A stretch of 32,000 bases of DNA. It comes from Zestosphaera tikiterensis. Lineage in GTDB: Archaea; Thermoproteota; Thermoprotei_A; Sulfolobales; NBVN01. Below are positions 1 through 8,295 of the stretch, in pieces. The position numbers were made by a program, and so were the translations under genes. Numbering within the stretch: the first letter of the stretch is position 1; every line of letters begins with the position of its first letter. Location of the stretch: assembly GCA_003056265.1 (NCBI GenBank), contig NBVN01000004.1:330001-362000 (forward strand), in the 5' to 3' direction. A model generated the notes under the pieces. The model saw nothing but the letters and a program-made list of their open reading frames with translations, was not told the DNA's origin and made no database searches.

Positions 1-1
1 G

Positions 2-187
2 GTTATGGATAGAAGATACGCTAGATATACATGTCCTTTCTGTAAAGCTAGGGTGAGGATGAAACGCTTAAGCGTTGGTTTATGGCAATGCCCTAAGTGC
101 CACACAGTCTTCACAGGCGGTGCTTACGTCCCAGTAACTGAAGTCGCTGGAGTTACGTCGAAGCAAGTACCGTCGACTCCGCAGTGA
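2..187 (+). CDS. rpl37ae: 50S ribosomal protein L37Ae (eL43), 5'-truncated by the window edge
   Basis: C4 zinc ribbon CPFC...CPKC and the GGAY motif typical of L37Ae. The frame is open to position 2, and about 25 N-terminal residues expected for the family are missing. Confidence 0.85.
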   Translation, partial: VMDRRYARYTCPFCKARVRMKRLSVGLWQCPKCHTVFTGGAYVPVTEVAGVTSKQVPSTPQ

Positions 188-193
188 GTTTTT

Positions 194-760
194 GTGATAG
201 GGACCTACTTAATAATAACTACGTCGCGAGAACCTTCTAGAAGAAGTAGATCCTTCATTAAAGACTTAGCTAGAGTTATCCCTAATTCCTTAAAGCTTAA
301 TCGAGGTAAGGCAACATATGAAGACCTTGCTCGTATAGCCATAAATAAAAACGCGTATGGAGTTTTAATGACTTTAGAGATGAAGGGTAATCCCTCAGCT
401 TTAAGTTTCTGGTCTTTAAATGGAGACTCTAACACGCTTGTTAAACGTATATTAATTCAAATAAAATCCGTTAAGTTACTTAGAGAGATTCCAAGCTCTC
501 AACAACCGCTGAATATAAAGTTTTTAAGGGTGTCATCCCCTAACGTAGGGTCTGGACTACCTTACGAAACTTTAAACGCTTTAATAGAGATTCTTAAGCC
601 TAAGATAACCGCAGACCTTGAGGAAAACACCGTCAATAGCGTCGACTTAATCGTAGGCGGTGATTCTAAAGAAGCTTCAGTACTGTTTTTATGCTCATCT
701 ACTGGTAGACCATGCGGTCCTCAATTTAAAGTAGTTAAGGTAGTAAGGTATGGAACGTAA
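194..760 (+). CDS. Brix-domain (Imp4-like) ribosome biogenesis protein
   Basis: GTG start 7 nt after the L37Ae stop. N-terminus LIITTSREPSRRSRSFIKDL resembles archaeal Brix/Imp4 proteins, and it sits in the conserved position next to rpl37ae. Confidence 0.7.
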   Translation: MIGTYLIITTSREPSRRSRSFIKDLARVIPNSLKLNRGKATYEDLARIAINKNAYGVLMTLEMKGNPSALSFWSLNGDSNTLVKRILIQIKSVKLLREIPSSQQPLNIKFLRVSSPNVGSGLPYETLNALIEILKPKITADLEENTVNSVDLIVGGDSKEASVLFLCSSTGRPCGPQFKVVKVVRYGT

Positions 761-1025
761 GGTCCGCATAACCGTTGAAATAGAGGTGCGAGACGTAGGA
801 TGTCGTTTAGCTAACGCACTATATAGCGCTGTAAAGCCTGAAGAGTCCCTTAAGCTTAGAGGTGTTAATATGAGTGTTGTTAGGAAGGACTGCTCAGTTA
901 TTATAGATATAAACGCGCCTGAAGTAGCGTCGGCCCTACCCGTAGTTAATAACATCCTCAAGCTAATGGCTACGTCTATAGATGTGATACAGACATCACA
1001 AGACAGAAATAAACGTGTGGTTTAA
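750..1025 (+). CDS. pcc1: KEOPS complex Pcc1-like subunit
   Basis: 91 aa. The ATG overlaps the Brix stop by 11 nt. Size, beta-beta-beta-alpha pattern and the C-terminal helix (ALPVVNNILKLMATSIDVI) fit the Pcc1/CTAG family. Conserved neighbourhood with prefoldin beta. Confidence 0.6.
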   Translation: MERKVRITVEIEVRDVGCRLANALYSAVKPEESLKLRGVNMSVVRKDCSVIIDINAPEVASALPVVNNILKLMATSIDVIQTSQDRNKRVV

Positions 1026-1077
1026 TTACTTTAATTCTTATTAACGTTAGTTAGAATTGATTAAGGTGTTGAAGAAC

Positions 1078-1446
1078 ATGGCTCAGAAAATACCTCCTGA
1101 GTTGGAGCAGACGTTAATAAAGTATCAGCAAATAGAGTCTCAACTAGCTTCAGTAATAACTCAAAAGTCTGTTGTGTCTTCAGAGCTTAAAGACATTGAA
1201 AGAGCTTTAAACGTGCTTCAAAGCATAAGTGCGGAAACCCCAGTATATAAAAACACAGGCTTTGTGTTGGTTAAAGTTGGGAAGGATGAAGTCATTAAAG
1301 AACTTCAGGAAAGGAAGGAAGAACTGGAGGTAAGGCTTACAAGCTTTGAAAAGATTGAGGAGACTTTACGTAAGCAGTTCGAAGCCGTAAAGAAAGAACT
1401 GGAAAAGTATAGAGTTGTACCAAGCACTGCTTCAGAAGGTGGATGA
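1078..1446 (+). CDS. pfdB: prefoldin beta subunit
   Basis: Coiled coil - beta hairpin - coiled coil layout (QQIESQL...VYKNTGFVLVKV...ELEVRL). I prefer the ATG at 1078 (AAGGTG about 12 nt upstream) over the track start at 1057. Confidence 0.85.
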   Translation: MAQKIPPELEQTLIKYQQIESQLASVITQKSVVSSELKDIERALNVLQSISAETPVYKNTGFVLVKVGKDEVIKELQERKEELEVRLTSFEKIEETLRKQFEAVKKELEKYRVVPSTASEGG

Positions 1447-1756
1447 ACGTATAGGTAAGGTTTACGTTAAGAACTTAGGGCTTGACTTAAGCAGGGTAAC
1501 GGCTGAAGATCTGGAATCCATAGCGACGTTTTTAGAGGATGTTATTGGGTTGGAGTTACGTAAGAGGTTAGGGAATATAGACTACGACCTAACTGTTAAT
1601 GTGTGGTTATCGGAGAACACGTTAAACATAGAGGTGGACGTTGAGGTATACGCTCACGAAGGGTTTAAAGCCGAGGGTGAAGTTTTAATAGATGAAGCCC
1701 TAGATAAAGGATTGGAGAAGCTGGAAAATGAACTTACGAGAAGATTTAGCGCTTAA
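1439..1756 (+). CDS. small conserved archaeal protein (DUF3194-like), function unknown
   Basis: ORF 1415-1756. The GTG at 1439 overlaps the prefoldin stop (GTGGATGA), which suggests translational coupling. Position downstream of pfdB matches the DUF3194 family as I recall it. The family call is from memory. Confidence 0.5.
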   Translation: MDERIGKVYVKNLGLDLSRVTAEDLESIATFLEDVIGLELRKRLGNIDYDLTVNVWLSENTLNIEVDVEVYAHEGFKAEGEVLIDEALDKGLEKLENELTRRFSA

Positions 1757-2789
1757 GGTAAAGAGTTTAACTCAACTCTTAGCCAACGTGAGAAACGTTT
1801 GTTTCTTAACGCATAGGGACGCTGATCCAGACGCCATAGCTAGCTTGCTAGCTTTAAAATACGTCTTTGAACATCTTAAGGCAGACTTGACGACAGCCGT
1901 ATATCTACCTGAGGGATTGAGTAGAGAGTCTAAGAAACTCTTAAGTAGCTTGAACTATGTTTTAAACCCTGTAAGTTATCTAAAACAATGCGATATTAAG
2001 GTAGTGACGGACTCTTCAAGCCATTCTCAACTAGCGGGGGTAGGCAGCCATGATGAAGTAGTTAAAACGCCTTATGTATTAGTAGACCATCATGAAGTCA
2101 ACGAATTAGTTAAGGAGGCTGTCTTAAGTTTTCATTATCCCGAAGCTTCGTCTACGAGTGAGTTGGTTGCTTTAATAGCTCATGAATTAGAAGTTAAACT
2201 ACCTTCCGAAGTCATTACATTATTAATCGCTGGGATTCTATACGATAGTAAAGTCTTAAGACTTGCTAAACCTACAGCTTTTGAAGCCTTACACTACCTT
2301 ACATCGGAGTGTTATGAGTGTTACGTGAAGGTCCTCAGCATTTTAAGTGGGGAGAAAGTCCCTAGATCGGAAACTATAGCTATACTTAAAGGCCTTGCTA
2401 GGACTGGCTTATATAGCGTTGGAGACTACCTACTAGCCATCTCATGCGTTAGTGCCTATGAGGCTTCAGTACTTAAGCATTTGATCAACGCTGGCGCTGA
2501 TGTAGCGGTAGTGATTTCACGTAAAGAGAATTCAACGAATATTTACGTTAGAGCTACACAAGACGTTATTGAGGCTGTTAAGAAACCTTTGGCTGGAGAG
2601 CTATGTATGTATTTATCTAAGGCTTTAGGTGGTTCCGGTGGCGGGCATGCTGGAGCCGCCGGCGCTTCATTACCTGCTAATACGAAGTTGGAGGATATCC
2701 TTAATCTTTTAAAGAAGTTTTTTGAAGAGTTAAAGCTTGAGTTTCGCGTTATGGAGGAGGGACGGTGGTTTGAGAGGTGTTTTAGGTAA
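1728..2789 (+). CDS. DHH/DHHA1 family phosphoesterase (NrnA/RecJ-like), motifs intact
   Basis: Motif I HRDADPDAIAS, motif III VDHH, motif IV YDSK and DHHA1 GGSGGGHAGAAG are all present. Confidence 0.85.
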   Translation: MNLREDLALKVKSLTQLLANVRNVCFLTHRDADPDAIASLLALKYVFEHLKADLTTAVYLPEGLSRESKKLLSSLNYVLNPVSYLKQCDIKVVTDSSSHSQLAGVGSHDEVVKTPYVLVDHHEVNELVKEAVLSFHYPEASSTSELVALIAHELEVKLPSEVITLLIAGILYDSKVLRLAKPTAFEALHYLTSECYECYVKVLSILSGEKVPRSETIAILKGLARTGLYSVGDYLLAISCVSAYEASVLKHLINAGADVAVVISRKENSTNIYVRATQDVIEAVKKPLAGELCMYLSKALGGSGGGHAGAAGASLPANTKLEDILNLLKKFFEELKLEFRVMEEGRWFERCFR

Positions 2790-3529
2790 TGGTTAAGATA
2801 TACGTAGATGAAAGGGAGAAAGCTTCCGGCATACCTGAAATACTTAAGGAGTTGGGGGCGGCGGTAATATTTAAGCAGTTAGATGTGGGGGATTACATCC
2901 CTGCTGAGGGTATTATCATAGAGAGGAAGAGAGTGGATGATTTAGTGAACTCTATCTATGAAGGTAGGTTTTTCGATCAAGTTAAGAGGCTTTCAGCGTC
3001 AGGAAGTAAGGCAATTTTACTAATTGAAGGTGATATACTTAAGTTAAGACAAACTACGGAAAACTTCAAAGCTATAGAAGCAGCGTTAGTGACTGCGGTG
3101 CTTTCCTTTGGACTGTCTGTGTTCTACGTTGATGGATCCAAACACGCTGCTGAGTTGATTAAGTATATAGCTGAGAAATACCAGCAACAAAGGAGTAGTA
3201 AAGGCACGTATGTTAACTTACCTACGTATAAGAAGGAACGTAAGCCTAAGACTACTGACTTAAGGGCCTGGCAGGTTTACATACTTTCATCATTTCCTAA
3301 GATAGGGCCTAAGTTAGCTTTAAGGCTGTTGCAGAAATTTGGGAGTCTAAAGTCTGTATTAAACGCTCAAATAACAGAGTTGGCTAGAGTGGAGGGAATG
3401 AATGAAGATAAGGCTAAGCTTATTAAAAGCATAGTTGAGTGGGGTGAGCAAAGAAAACCTCAAGAAGGCTTAAGTAAGTTTCTCTTTAAAGGCAGTCAAG
3501 CTGAAAACCTCAACGATAAAAATCGTTGA
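2789..3529 (+). CDS. xpf: short crenarchaeal-type XPF (ERCC4 nuclease + HhH2)
   Basis: ERCC4 signature GDY...ERKRVDDL. C-terminal helix-hairpin-helix pair (IGPKLALRLLQKFGS...). PIP-like QEGLSKFL at 3461-3484. The ATG overlaps the upstream stop (TAATG). Confidence 0.85.
   Translation: MVKIYVDEREKASGIPEILKELGAAVIFKQLDVGDYIPAEGIIIERKRVDDLVNSIYEGRFFDQVKRLSASGSKAILLIEGDILKLRQTTENFKAIEAALVTAVLSFGLSVFYVDGSKHAAELIKYIAEKYQQQRSSKGTYVNLPTYKKERKPKTTDLRAWQVYILSSFPKIGPKLALRLLQKFGSLKSVLNAQITELARVEGMNEDKAKLIKSIVEWGEQRKPQEGLSKFLFKGSQAENLNDKNR
3511..3528. terminator. 7-bp inverted repeat CAACGAT-AAAA-ATCGTTG with a T5 run on the minus strand
   Basis: Seen directly. It lies on the last codons of xpf. The minus-strand reading gives an oligo-T tract, the usual archaeal termination signal, downstream of the structured locus. 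Confidence 0.3.
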
Positions 3530-3544
3530 ATACCCCTCTATCTC

Positions 3545-3739
3545 ACGGGATCTCTCAGATTACGAAAGTGTTAAGTTACAGCATCAGGGTTCGTACCTAC
3601 GTAAGCTTTGACTTGCTTACGTAGGTTTTCATCATCCCTTGTAATCTGCTCTACGCCGTCCTTCGGGAGCGTGCCTCCCTCGGAGGACGTAGAGCTTCAT
3701 AGGAAGTCCCCCTCACCTAGATCACAGAGTTCATCCCAT
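3545..3739 (-). ncRNA. candidate structured non-coding RNA, family unassigned
   Basis: Lies in a 364-bp gap with no ORF longer than about 22 codons. Perfect 12-bp hairpin 3595-3606/3615-3626. GC-rich compound hairpin 3648-3695. End pairing 3547-3555 with 3726-3737. TATATAAG on the minus strand at 3760-3753 places a start near 3737. The strand call is tentative. Confidence 0.35.
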
Positions 3740-3853
3740 ACCGTCAACATAACTTATATAGAAGGGAATTAAAAAGGTTAAGAACAAAATCCTTAATACC
3801 TAACACCAATAAAAAGCGAAATTGTTTCGGCGGGTATCAGTTGGTAGTAAACG

Positions 3854-3861
3854 CTTATAAC
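3854..3861 (+). promoter_or_regulatory. TATA-like box (CTTATAAC) upstream of EF-2
   Basis: AT-rich octamer about 33 nt upstream of the ATG at 3894, with GGTAGTGA SD-like purines in between. Confidence 0.35.
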
Positions 3862-3893
3862 TCCTTTAGAAGTATTGAGTTAGGTAGTGAAGT

Positions 3894-6110
3894 ATGCCTA
3901 GGTACAAGACTGTAGAGCAAATACAGAGGATAATGTCCAACCTTGAGTATGTGAGGAACATAGGTATTATAGCTCATGTAGACCACGGCAAAACAACCAC
4001 TTCAGACGTATTACTGGCTGCGGCTGGGATAATATCGTCGAAAGTTGCTGGTGAAGCTTTAGCTTTAGACTACCTAGATGTTGAGCAGAAGAGAGGCGTT
4101 ACGGTTAAAGCAGCTAACATAAGCCTCTACCATGAATTAGGGGGTAAGGGTTACGTTATAAACCTTATTGACACTCCGGGCCATGTAGACTTTTCAGGTA
4201 AGGTTACGAGGTCTTTAAGAGTTCTCGACGGTGCTATAGTCGTAGTAGATGCTGTGGAAGGAGTTATGACGCAAACAGAGACTGTTTTAAGGCAGTCTCT
4301 TGAGGAGAGGGTTAGACCTCTACTCTTCATTAACAAAATAGATAGACTTATTAAGGAGTTGAAACTCTCACCTCAGGAAATTCAGAAGAAGTTCGTGGAT
4401 ATAATTAAGGAAGTTAATAGGTTAATTGTTGAGTACGCAGACCCAGAATTTAAAGATAAGTGGGTGTTAGACCCAAGTAAGGGGCAGGTCATCTTTGGCT
4501 CGGCTAAGGATAAGGTAGGTCTTACCGTACCTTACGCCGCTAAAAAAGGAGTTAACGTCATGGACTTAATTAAAGCCTATGCTAAAGGTAAGGAGGCTGT
4601 TGAGGAGTTACAGAAGGTTGTTCCCCTACATGAAGCCATTCTTGAGACGGTAATTCATAACGTTCCAAATCCTAGGGAGGCTCAGAAATATAGAATACTT
4701 AAGATATGGAAGGGAGACATAAATTCCGAGCTAGGTAAGGCTATGATGGAAGCTGATCCCAACGGACCCTTAGTGTTTATGATTAATGATATGAGGTTAG
4801 ATCCGCATGCAGGCTTCGTAGCTACAGGGAGGGTTATGTCAGGGACTTTAAAGACTGGTGAGGAGGTATGGCTAGTTAACGCTAGAATACCTCAGAAAAT
4901 ACTTCAAGTATCTCTGTACATGGGTCCCTTTAGAGAGCAAGTGGATTATGTAGTGGCCGGTAATATAGGTGCTGTTTTAGGTCTTGATAAGGCTAAATCC
5001 GGTGAGACCGCTGTAGCGATAGCGTTTAAGGACATGGCCGCACCGTTTGAGAGGATGCATTACGTCTCAGAGCCTGTAGTCACCATGGCTGTAGAGCCTA
5101 AAAAGACTCAAGACTTAACTAAGCTTATAGACGCTTTAAGGAAGATGGCTATCGAAGATCCTAACCTAGTAGTTAAGATAAACGAAGAAACTGGAGAGTA
5201 TTTAATATCGGGTATGGGCCCATTACACTTGGAGATCGTATTAACCTTACTTAAAGAGAATTACGGTGTTGAAGTTGATACTTCCCCACCTATAATAGTC
5301 TACAGAGAGACCATCAGAGCCTCCTCCCAAGCTATAGAGGGTAAATCACCGAATAAGCACAATAAGTTCTACATAAGTGTGGAACCATTGAATGAGGAGA
5401 CCATTTCTTTAATTCAGCAAGGCGTAATAAACGAGAACATGGATTCGAGGGAGATGGCTAAAATACTTAGAGATCAAGCTGGTTGGGACTACGATGAAGC
5501 TAGGAGGATATGGGCTATTGACGAAGGTCTTAACGTATTCGTAGATAAGACATCCGGTGTTCAATATCTTAGAGAAGTTAAAGACACCATAATCCAAGGT
5601 TTTAGGTTAGCTATGGCTGAAGGACCTTTAGCTATGGAGAGGGTAAGGGGCGTTAAAGTAATATTACACGATGCTGTAATACATGAAGACCCAGCCCATA
5701 GAGGTCCAGCTCAGATATTCCCGGCGGTTAGGAATCCTATATACGCAGGTATGTTAATGTCGAAACCGACGCTTTTAGAGCCCATTCAGAAACTAGACGT
5801 TAGAGTACCTATGGACTTCATGAGTGCCGCTATCTCCGTAATTACTAGGAAGAGGGGTAAGGTTCTAGACGTAATAACTTTAAGTAGTAATAACGTTAGA
5901 GTTATAGCTGAGATACCTGTCGCTGAATCCTTAGATTTAGCCAATGAATTAAGATCGGCTACGGCTGGAAGGGCTTTCTGGGGTACGGAATTCAGTAAAT
6001 GGTCGCCAGTGCCTGAATCCATGCTCTTCGACATAGTTGCTAAAATAAGGCAGAGGAAAGGTTTGAAGCCAGAACCTCCGAAACCTGAGGACTTTATATC
6101 GCCTTTCTAA
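3894..6110 (+). CDS. fusA: translation elongation factor 2 (aEF-2)
   Basis: G-domain motifs [17 protein letters not shown] and NKID. Diphthamide-region HRGPAQ. Full length of 738 aa. Confidence 0.97.
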   Translation: MPRYKTVEQIQRIMSNLEYVRNIGIIAHVDHGKTTTSDVLLAAAGIISSKVAGEALALDYLDVEQKRGVTVKAANISLYHELGGKGYVINLIDTPGHVDFSGKVTRSLRVLDGAIVVVDAVEGVMTQTETVLRQSLEERVRPLLFINKIDRLIKELKLSPQEIQKKFVDIIKEVNRLIVEYADPEFKDKWVLDPSKGQVIFGSAKDKVGLTVPYAAKKGVNVMDLIKAYAKGKEAVEELQKVVPLHEAILETVIHNVPNPREAQKYRILKIWKGDINSELGKAMMEADPNGPLVFMINDMRLDPHAGFVATGRVMSGTLKTGEEVWLVNARIPQKILQVSLYMGPFREQVDYVVAGNIGAVLGLDKAKSGETAVAIAFKDMAAPFERMHYVSEPVVTMAVEPKKTQDLTKLIDALRKMAIEDPNLVVKINEETGEYLISGMGPLHLEIVLTLLKENYGVEVDTSPPIIVYRETIRASSQAIEGKSPNKHNKFYISVEPLNEETISLIQQGVINENMDSREMAKILRDQAGWDYDEARRIWAIDEGLNVFVDKTSGVQYLREVKDTIIQGFRLAMAEGPLAMERVRGVKVILHDAVIHEDPAHRGPAQIFPAVRNPIYAGMLMSKPTLLEPIQKLDVRVPMDFMSAAISVITRKRGKVLDVITLSSNNVRVIAEIPVAESLDLANELRSATAGRAFWGTEFSKWSPVPESMLFDIVAKIRQRKGLKPEPPKPEDFISPF

Positions 6111-6178
6111 CATCACGAAATGCTTAAGTCATATAGCATATCTTCTTCAAATCTACAGTTACGTTTTAAACATCATAG

Positions 6179-7144
6179 TTAGCGAGAACTTAAAAACCAC
6201 CTGATGGTGCTTCTTATAGCTTCTTTCGAGGTGTACTTAGGCCTCCACCCCAGGGACTTAAGCTTACTTATATCTAATAACATGAACTTAACGTCGCCAA
6301 CCCAACCCCTACCGTCTTCTGTAGCGGGTTTAAAGACGTAAGTAACGTTACTTAAATTCATCTCGCTAACGACTAAATCCGCTATTTCCTTAACCGTTAT
6401 CCAGTCTTCATTGCCTACGTTAATCACTAGATACCTTAGGTTACTCTCTCTTAAGTAACGTTCAGCTACGTTAATACCTTCTATTAAGTCTTGAACGTGT
6501 AAATACGACTTTTTCTGCGTTCCATCACCTAAAATCTCAAGGGTAGATGGGTTTAACCTTAACTTATTTATGAAGTCAACGACGACTCCATGGGTTTGCC
6601 TCGGACCCACTATGTTTGCGAATCTAAGTATCAGCGATTTAATGCCGTAAATTAAGCTGTAGCTTAAGATTAAATTCTCAGAAGCTAGCTTAGAAGCTCC
6701 ATATATCGATATAGGTTCTAACGGACTGTAGTCTTCAGGGGTTGGTATGGTTTTAGCATCTCCATACACTGTTGATGTGCTAGCGAAAACCAAGTTTTTA
6801 ACTTTATATTCTCTACATGCTTCAAGTACGTTAAACGTTGCTAAGACGTTTTCTTCAAAATGCTTTCTAGGGTTTGTAATCGAGGTTTTTACCTCAGGGT
6901 TCGCTGCTAGATGATATACTACATTAGCGTCACGAAATTCGTTAATCCACGAGCCGTATACCTTTAAATCATCTACTACTAGTTTAATTCTCCCTGAAAC
7001 ATACGCGTTTTTAAGATTATCTGGGTTTCCGGAGCTTAAGTTATCGATGACGACTACTTCAAAGCCTTTCTTAAGTAGACCCTCAACCACATGTGAACCT
7101 ATGAAGCCGGCACCGCCAGTAACTACAGCCTTCATTGCTTTCAT
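6179..7144 (-). CDS. NAD-dependent nucleoside-diphosphate-sugar epimerase/dehydratase (GalE family SDR)
   Basis: Rossmann motif TGGAGFIGSH and catalytic YGASK (YxxxK). Confidence 0.85.
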   Translation of the reverse strand: MKAMKAVVTGGAGFIGSHVVEGLLKKGFEVVVIDNLSSGNPDNLKNAYVSGRIKLVVDDLKVYGSWINEFRDANVVYHLAANPEVKTSITNPRKHFEENVLATFNVLEACREYKVKNLVFASTSTVYGDAKTIPTPEDYSPLEPISIYGASKLASENLILSYSLIYGIKSLILRFANIVGPRQTHGVVVDFINKLRLNPSTLEILGDGTQKKSYLHVQDLIEGINVAERYLRESNLRYLVINVGNEDWITVKEIADLVVSEMNLSNVTYVFKPATEDGRGWVGDVKFMLLDISKLKSLGWRPKYTSKEAIRSTIRWFLSSR

Positions 7145-7166
7145 ACCTGCTAAGTTTACATCTCAA

Positions 7167-8156
7167 TTACGTTCGAACTATACCCGTAGCTATGTCATCC
7201 ACAACTTCTAACATCCTATCTAGGTTGCTTTCTGAAGGGTTCTTAAACTTTATTAGGACGTGGTTTCCTTTAAGGCTTATGTCCAGTTTCTCGCTTAAGT
7301 CTTTACGTATGGATGAAACTATGTTAACGAAGCTTACGTCCCTCCTACCTAAGCAAATCCTTAAAGTATGCCCTAATTCCGTCTCCAACACCACCATCGA
7401 AATCCCGTCTTCACGGCAAAGCCTTACAAGTATGTCATAAGCTATTGGCTTTAAGATAGCGTAGTTGTTTTTAATGGCTTCCTTGCTTATCTGCCTAGAA
7501 ATAACGAAAACCTTTATGTTACCATATTGTATATACTCCTTAGCGTTTAGCAATTCTTCGAATGTTCTTAAGGCTACATCATATTTCTCAGCTTCTTTAG
7601 CTATATCCGGGTTTAACTTATACGATCTAGTCTTAATTACCTCTAGCAAATATGTGTAGAGCTTCTGAGTAAAGTCGATTAAGCCGTAATTCATTTTAAC
7701 TGCTTTAGCTATGGCTTTACCGACTTTACTCATCTTGTCTATCTGACCTTGATTGTATAGGATGACATCCTTAAGTAGTTGCTCAGGTAATTCAACCTTG
7801 GCATTAAGTGTTTCAACGTAGTCAAGCACAGCGTTAGTTAGTGAGTTTACGTTTGAGAAACGCATTAAAACCTCGCTCTTACCTTGATCGTCGTATTTAA
7901 CTACCACGCCTAAATTTTTTGGAGGAATGTATAGTATGGCAGTGGAGTTCACTATGGTTAGATTGTTTGATGGAGGAACGCCGACGACGTATGAGCTGTT
8001 AATCACTACTGGGGAAGATAAAGTGTTGCTTAAGAACTCAACGTAAATTCTAGAGCCTTTACTTAAGAGGGCTGTGGCTAAAGTCGCTGTGGCTAAGCTT
8101 TCGTCAAAACCACTTTTACTGTAGATAGTAACGCTGGTTTTCATCTTCATCTTCAC
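7167..8156 (-). CDS. DHH/DHHA1-like protein with degenerate catalytic motifs (function unknown)
   Basis: 329-aa ORF 22 nt upstream of the epimerase. N-terminus YSKSGFDESLATATLATALLSKG aligns by eye to DHH motif I (HxxxDxDxxgSa) but lacks the Asp/His ligands. C-terminus TLRICLGRRDVSFVNIV...KGNHVLIKF resembles DHHA1 (SLRS...GGGH). No DHH triad. Confidence 0.55.
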   Translation of the reverse strand: MKMKMKTSVTIYSKSGFDESLATATLATALLSKGSRIYVEFLSNTLSSPVVINSSYVVGVPPSNNLTIVNSTAILYIPPKNLGVVVKYDDQGKSEVLMRFSNVNSLTNAVLDYVETLNAKVELPEQLLKDVILYNQGQIDKMSKVGKAIAKAVKMNYGLIDFTQKLYTYLLEVIKTRSYKLNPDIAKEAEKYDVALRTFEELLNAKEYIQYGNIKVFVISRQISKEAIKNNYAILKPIAYDILVRLCREDGISMVVLETELGHTLRICLGRRDVSFVNIVSSIRKDLSEKLDISLKGNHVLIKFKNPSESNLDRMLEVVDDIATGIVRT

Positions 8157-8174
8157 CTTTAACTATCTGCTTAC

Positions 8175-8182
8175 TATTTAAA
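8175..8182 (-). promoter_or_regulatory. TATA box (TTTAAATA on the minus strand) for the 7167-8156 gene
   Basis: About 19-30 nt upstream of the three in-frame ATGs (MKMKMK), consistent with a leaderless or short-leader mRNA. Confidence 0.4.
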
Positions 8183-8271
8183 CCCTTATGTATCGCCATA
8201 CACTTCATTCTCCTACTTAGGGTTTTACATCTAAAAGTATATGAGTGCGTCAAGCTTATAAGCATTTAACC

Positions 8272-8282
8272 TTTATTTAAAA
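8272..8282 (+). promoter_or_regulatory. TATA box (TTTATTTAAAA) for the H+-PPase gene
   Basis: Lies about 15-25 nt upstream of the TTG 8296 / GTG 8299 start candidates. Confidence 0.4.
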
Positions 8283-8295
8283 TTCTGGTGAGTAA

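Noticed and set aside
3555-3635. A canonical C/D box sRNA: ATGATGA plus CTGA boxes on the minus strand of the xpf/EF-2 locus. Likewise GTGATGA at 24752-24746 in the pheS-upstream locus.
   Set aside because: Box spacings are 41 nt and 22-27 nt, against the roughly 12-nt guides of archaeal C/D sRNAs. There is no convincing C'/D' pair and no terminal stem flanking the boxes. These are motif matches only.
3701-3712. The plus-strand AGGAAGTCCCCC resembles the RNase P RNA CR-I/P4 motif (AGGAAAGUCC). An ACAGCAUCAGGGUU lies upstream at about 3579-3592. Together these raise the idea of an RNase P RNA, possibly circularly permuted with the 12-bp hairpin acting as a capped P1.
   Set aside because: The motif sits after both hairpins and next to the 3' end, not after P3. 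There is no proper complementary P4 3' strand: it would need GGGxCUU, and GGGUU lacks the C. No P15-like hairpin is present, and the motif is one A short. I keep it only as something an Infernal scan, including permuted models, should rule out explicitly.
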